Source: Planctomycetota bacterium
GTDB taxonomy: Bacteria; Planctomycetota; Planctomycetia; Pirellulales; UBA1268
Assembly: GCA_016872925.1 (NCBI GenBank)
Contig: VGYR01000003.1
Span: forward strand, 1-38,939
Reading direction: 5' to 3'
DNA length: 38,939 nt
Made by a program: the position numbers and the translations under genes. The stretch's first letter is position 1. The number at the start of each line of letters is the position of its first letter. This document shows positions 36,310 through 38,939 of the stretch, in pieces. The notes under the pieces are model-generated. The model was not told the origin of the DNA, did no database searches, and saw nothing but the letters and a program-made list of their open reading frames with translations.

Positions 36310-37254
36310 TCACTGGAACATCATGCTCACCGACTCGTTGCGGTGGATCCGCTTGATGGCCTGGCCCAGCAGGCTGGCCACGGACAGCACGGTGATGTTG
36401 GGCAGCATCTTGCCGGGCGTCAGGGGAATCGAATCGGTGATGATGATCTTGTTGAAGGGGGCGGACCGCAGCCGTTCGATCGCCGGGCCCACGAGCAGCC
36501 CGTGGGTGGCGGCGGCGTAGATCGACTGAGCGCCGTGCTTGTGGAGCACCTCGGCGGCCCCGCAGATCGATCCGGCCGTGCTGATCATGTCGTCGAACAG
36601 GATCGCCGTCTTGCCCTCCACGCTCGCGCCGATGATCGTGGTGCTCTTGGTCGTCTCGGCGGAAAGCCGACGCTTGTCGATGATCCCCAGCGGGGCGCCG
36701 ATGCGGTTGGCATGGCCGAGGGCCCGCTTGATGCCTCCTTCGTCGGCGCTGACGACGACGATGTCCTCCTTGGGGATGTCGAGCGAGGCGAGATGGTTGT
36801 TGAGCACCGGGGCGGCGTAGAGGTGGTCGACGGGCACGTCGAAGAAGCCCTGGATTTGGGCGGCGTGGAGGTCCATCGCCAGCACGCGGTCGGCACCGGC
36901 CCGGGTGATCAGGTTGGCGACGAGCTTCGCCGTGATCGGGACGCGCCCGGAGTCCTTGCGGTCCTGGCGGGCATACCCGAAGTAGGGGATCACGGCCGTG
37001 ATCCGGAACGAGCTGGCCCGTTTGAAGCTGTCGATCATCACGAGCAGCTCCATGATGTGCTCGTTGACCGGCGGGCACGTCGACTGGACGATGAACACGT
37101 CGCGGCCGCGGACGTCCTCATCGATCTTGCAGGAGATCTCCCCGTCGGGAAACCGGCCCAGCGAGATCTTGCCCATGGGCAGATTGAGGTAGCGGCAGAT
37201 GTCCTGCGTGAGCGCGGAGTTGGCCGGACCGCTGAAGATCTTCAGGTCGTTCAT
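36310..37254 (-). CDS. prs: Ribose-phosphate pyrophosphokinase
   Basis: FPDGE, PYFGYARQDRK, DLHAAQIQGFFD, DDMISTAGS, ATHG. Confidence 0.97.
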   Translation of the reverse strand: MNDLKIFSGPANSALTQDICRYLNLPMGKISLGRFPDGEISCKIDEDVRGRDVFIVQSTCPPVNEHIMELLVMIDSFKRASSFRITAVIPYFGYARQDRKDSGRVPITAKLVANLITRAGADRVLAMDLHAAQIQGFFDVPVDHLYAAPVLNNHLASLDIPKEDIVVVSADEGGIKRALGHANRIGAPLGIIDKRRLSAETTKSTTIIGASVEGKTAILFDDMISTAGSICGAAEVLHKHGAQSIYAAATHGLLVGPAIERLRSAPFNKIIITDSIPLTPGKMLPNITVLSVASLLGQAIKRIHRNESVSMMFQ

Positions 37255-37431
37255 GGGATCGCTCGGGAGGCGATGGGGGGCTGCGGTTCGGCCGCGGCCC
37301 GCCGAACACTCTGACCTCAGGCCGGTCGGGCTTCAAGCGGACTGCGTGACCCCGCCGCAGGACGGTATCCTGCGGTCGTCGTCCGCACAGCGAGTGAAGT
37401 GCTGCCGGACAGAACCTCGAGGAGGCGAACC

Positions 37432-38580
37432 GTGTCGTCGCAAACGCTGCAGCTGATCACGTCGCACCGTGGCGCGTCCTTCTCCGCTGCGGACAGGGTC
37501 GATGTCGGACTGGGTAGGCTCGCCGTCCGCACGCGGCGGCTCTCCGGGGGCCTGCGGGAGGGGGTGCTGCTGGTGGAACTCGTGGCGGGCGACATGCGGG
37601 TTTTCGTCCTTCCGGACCGGGGGCTCGGGATCTGGAAGGCGGTGGCCGCCGGAGTGGAGATCGGCTGGCAGTCGCCGGTGCACGGGCCGGTCAACCCGCG
37701 GTTCGTGCCGCTGGCGGAGCCCTCCGGCCTCGGCTGGCTCGACGGGTTCGACGAGCTCGTGGCCCGCTGCGGCTTGGTCAGCAACGGGGCCCCCGACTTC
37801 GATGCTTCCGGACGGCTCGTGCACGGCCTGCACGGGCGGATCGCCAATCTTCCTGCCCACCACCTCGACGTCACGCTCGACGAGGTCGACGGCACGATCA
37901 CGCTCACCGGCGCCGTCGACGAGACCCGGTTCCTGTTCCATTCGCTGCGGATGACCACGTCGCTGACGCTGCACGCCGACCGGCATCGGGTTTCGTGGAC
38001 GGACAGTGTGAAGAACATCTCGGACCGCCCGGCCACGATGCAGATGCTCTACCACGTCAACTTTGGTCCGCCGCTGCTAGGCCCGGGCAGCGAACTGGTC
38101 GCCGCCGTCGAGGAACTCGCCCCCCGAGACGCGGCCGCCGTGCCGGACGTGCCGACCTGGAACCGGTATGTGGCCCCTCAGGGCGGCCGGGGCGAGCAGG
38201 TGCACTTCGCCCGTCTTCGGTCCGGGGCCGACGGCGTGGCCACGGCCTTGCTGGTCGGTCCGGACGCCCGGAACGCGGCGAGCCTGTCGTGGACCGCGGA
38301 CACGCTGCCGCAGTTCACGCTCTGGAAGAACCAGGGCGGGCTTGCCGATGGCTATGTGACGGGGCTCGAACCGGGCACGAACTTTCCCAATCCGCGCTCC
38401 TTCGAGGAGTCGCAGGGGCGGGTCGTGGCCTTGGCACCCGGTCAGGCGGTGCGGTTCGATCTCGCGATCGAGCACTTTGCGGGGGGTGCGATCGACGCCG
38501 AGCGACGGCGGATCACGGGGCCGGTCCCGCCCGTGCCGCGGATTCACTCCCAGCCGAAGCCCGGCTGGAGTCGGTCGTAA
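37432..38580 (+). CDS. Aldose 1-epimerase-like protein (DUF4432 family)
   Basis: GGAGG SD then GTG 37432. LP.RGLGIW, GW.SPV.GPV.P, GWL.GF.E, LHGRIAN.PA, LYHVNFG.PLL, YVTGLEP.TNFP. Confidence 0.88.
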   Translation: MSSQTLQLITSHRGASFSAADRVDVGLGRLAVRTRRLSGGLREGVLLVELVAGDMRVFVLPDRGLGIWKAVAAGVEIGWQSPVHGPVNPRFVPLAEPSGLGWLDGFDELVARCGLVSNGAPDFDASGRLVHGLHGRIANLPAHHLDVTLDEVDGTITLTGAVDETRFLFHSLRMTTSLTLHADRHRVSWTDSVKNISDRPATMQMLYHVNFGPPLLGPGSELVAAVEELAPRDAAAVPDVPTWNRYVAPQGGRGEQVHFARLRSGADGVATALLVGPDARNAASLSWTADTLPQFTLWKNQGGLADGYVTGLEPGTNFPNPRSFEESQGRVVALAPGQAVRFDLAIEHFAGGAIDAERRRITGPVPPVPRIHSQPKPGWSRS

Positions 38581-38586
38581 GCTCGA

Positions 38587-38939
38587 GGCTTCCGGTGCGA
38601 GGTCTGCGGGGTGCGCCGCGGGTTGAAAACCCGCGCTCCTACCAGGCACGGGCGGCCCCGAACCCGCGCCACGCGAGGCTCAGTCCCCATCGCTCACGCG
38701 ATTGGGGCTTCCGGTGCGGGGTCTGCGGGGGTGCGCCGCGGGTTGAAGACCCGCGCTCCTACCAGGCACGGGCGGCCCCGAACCCGCGCCACGCGAGGCT
38801 CAGTCCCCATCGCTCACGCGATTGGGGCTTCCGGTGCGGGGTCTGCGGGGGTGCGCCGCGGGTTGAAAAACCGCGCTCCTCCCAGGCACGGGCGGCCCCG
38901 AACCCGCGCCACGCGAGGCTCAGTCCCCATCGCTCACGC
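38587..38939. repeat. Tandem array of 119/120-bp units, each with two REP-like hairpins (BIME-like); truncated by the window end
   Basis: Units at 38587-38705, 38706-38825 and 38826-end, nearly identical. Hairpin A reads GTAGGAG-CGCGGGTT-TTC-AACCCGCG on the minus strand (38617-38642, 38737-38762, 38857-38882). Hairpin B reads GAAG-CCCCAATCGC-GTGA-GCGATGGGG on the minus strand (38685-38711, 38805-38831, partial from 38925). Confidence 0.92.

Noticed and set aside
37255-37431. tRNA-Gln upstream of prs, as found in many bacteria
   Set aside because: No cloverleaf or T-loop consensus is found in this intergenic region.
38587-38939. CRISPR array
   Set aside because: The sequences between hairpins are the same in each unit, so there are no unique spacers. 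The period is 120 bp and there are no cas genes in the window.
38587-38939. Protein-coding 40-aa repeat
   Set aside because: The first unit is 119 bp, which breaks frame. There is no SD/start, and the sequence is dominated by palindromes.

Overview
High-GC window that looks like a Planctomycetota (Pirellulales-like) chromosome segment. The lineage is inferred from protein styles such as the extended L9, rpsF-ssb-rplI without rpsR, DUF1207, DUF11 and the long secretin. It is almost entirely core or housekeeping DNA, with about 33 CDS. These include sdhCAB, a DEAD-box helicase, family-4 UDG, glgC, leuS, an Aas-like acyl-AMP ligase, ThiF/MoeB, a sugar ABC transporter, tsaD, the prs-rplY-pth-rpsF-ssb-rplI-dnaB cluster, an orphan secretin and a PAS-GAF-REC protein. 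The two most notable features are at the edges and are not in the ORF track. (1) At 1-~220 is the left end of a probable IS701-like element. A long hairpin buries the SD and start codon of its truncated transposase. (2) At 38587-end is a tandem array of 119/120-bp units. Each unit carries two different REP-like hairpins, one of the GTAG type. I saw no tRNA, rRNA or CRISPR array. I cannot demonstrate a new biological system from this sequence alone. The best leads are the REP-like mosaic array, the acyl-AMP ligase / degenerate GH2 / ThiF cluster, the orphan secretin with its kinase-less sensor neighbour, and a degenerate metallophosphoesterase. All family assignments come from motif recognition, not from database searches.
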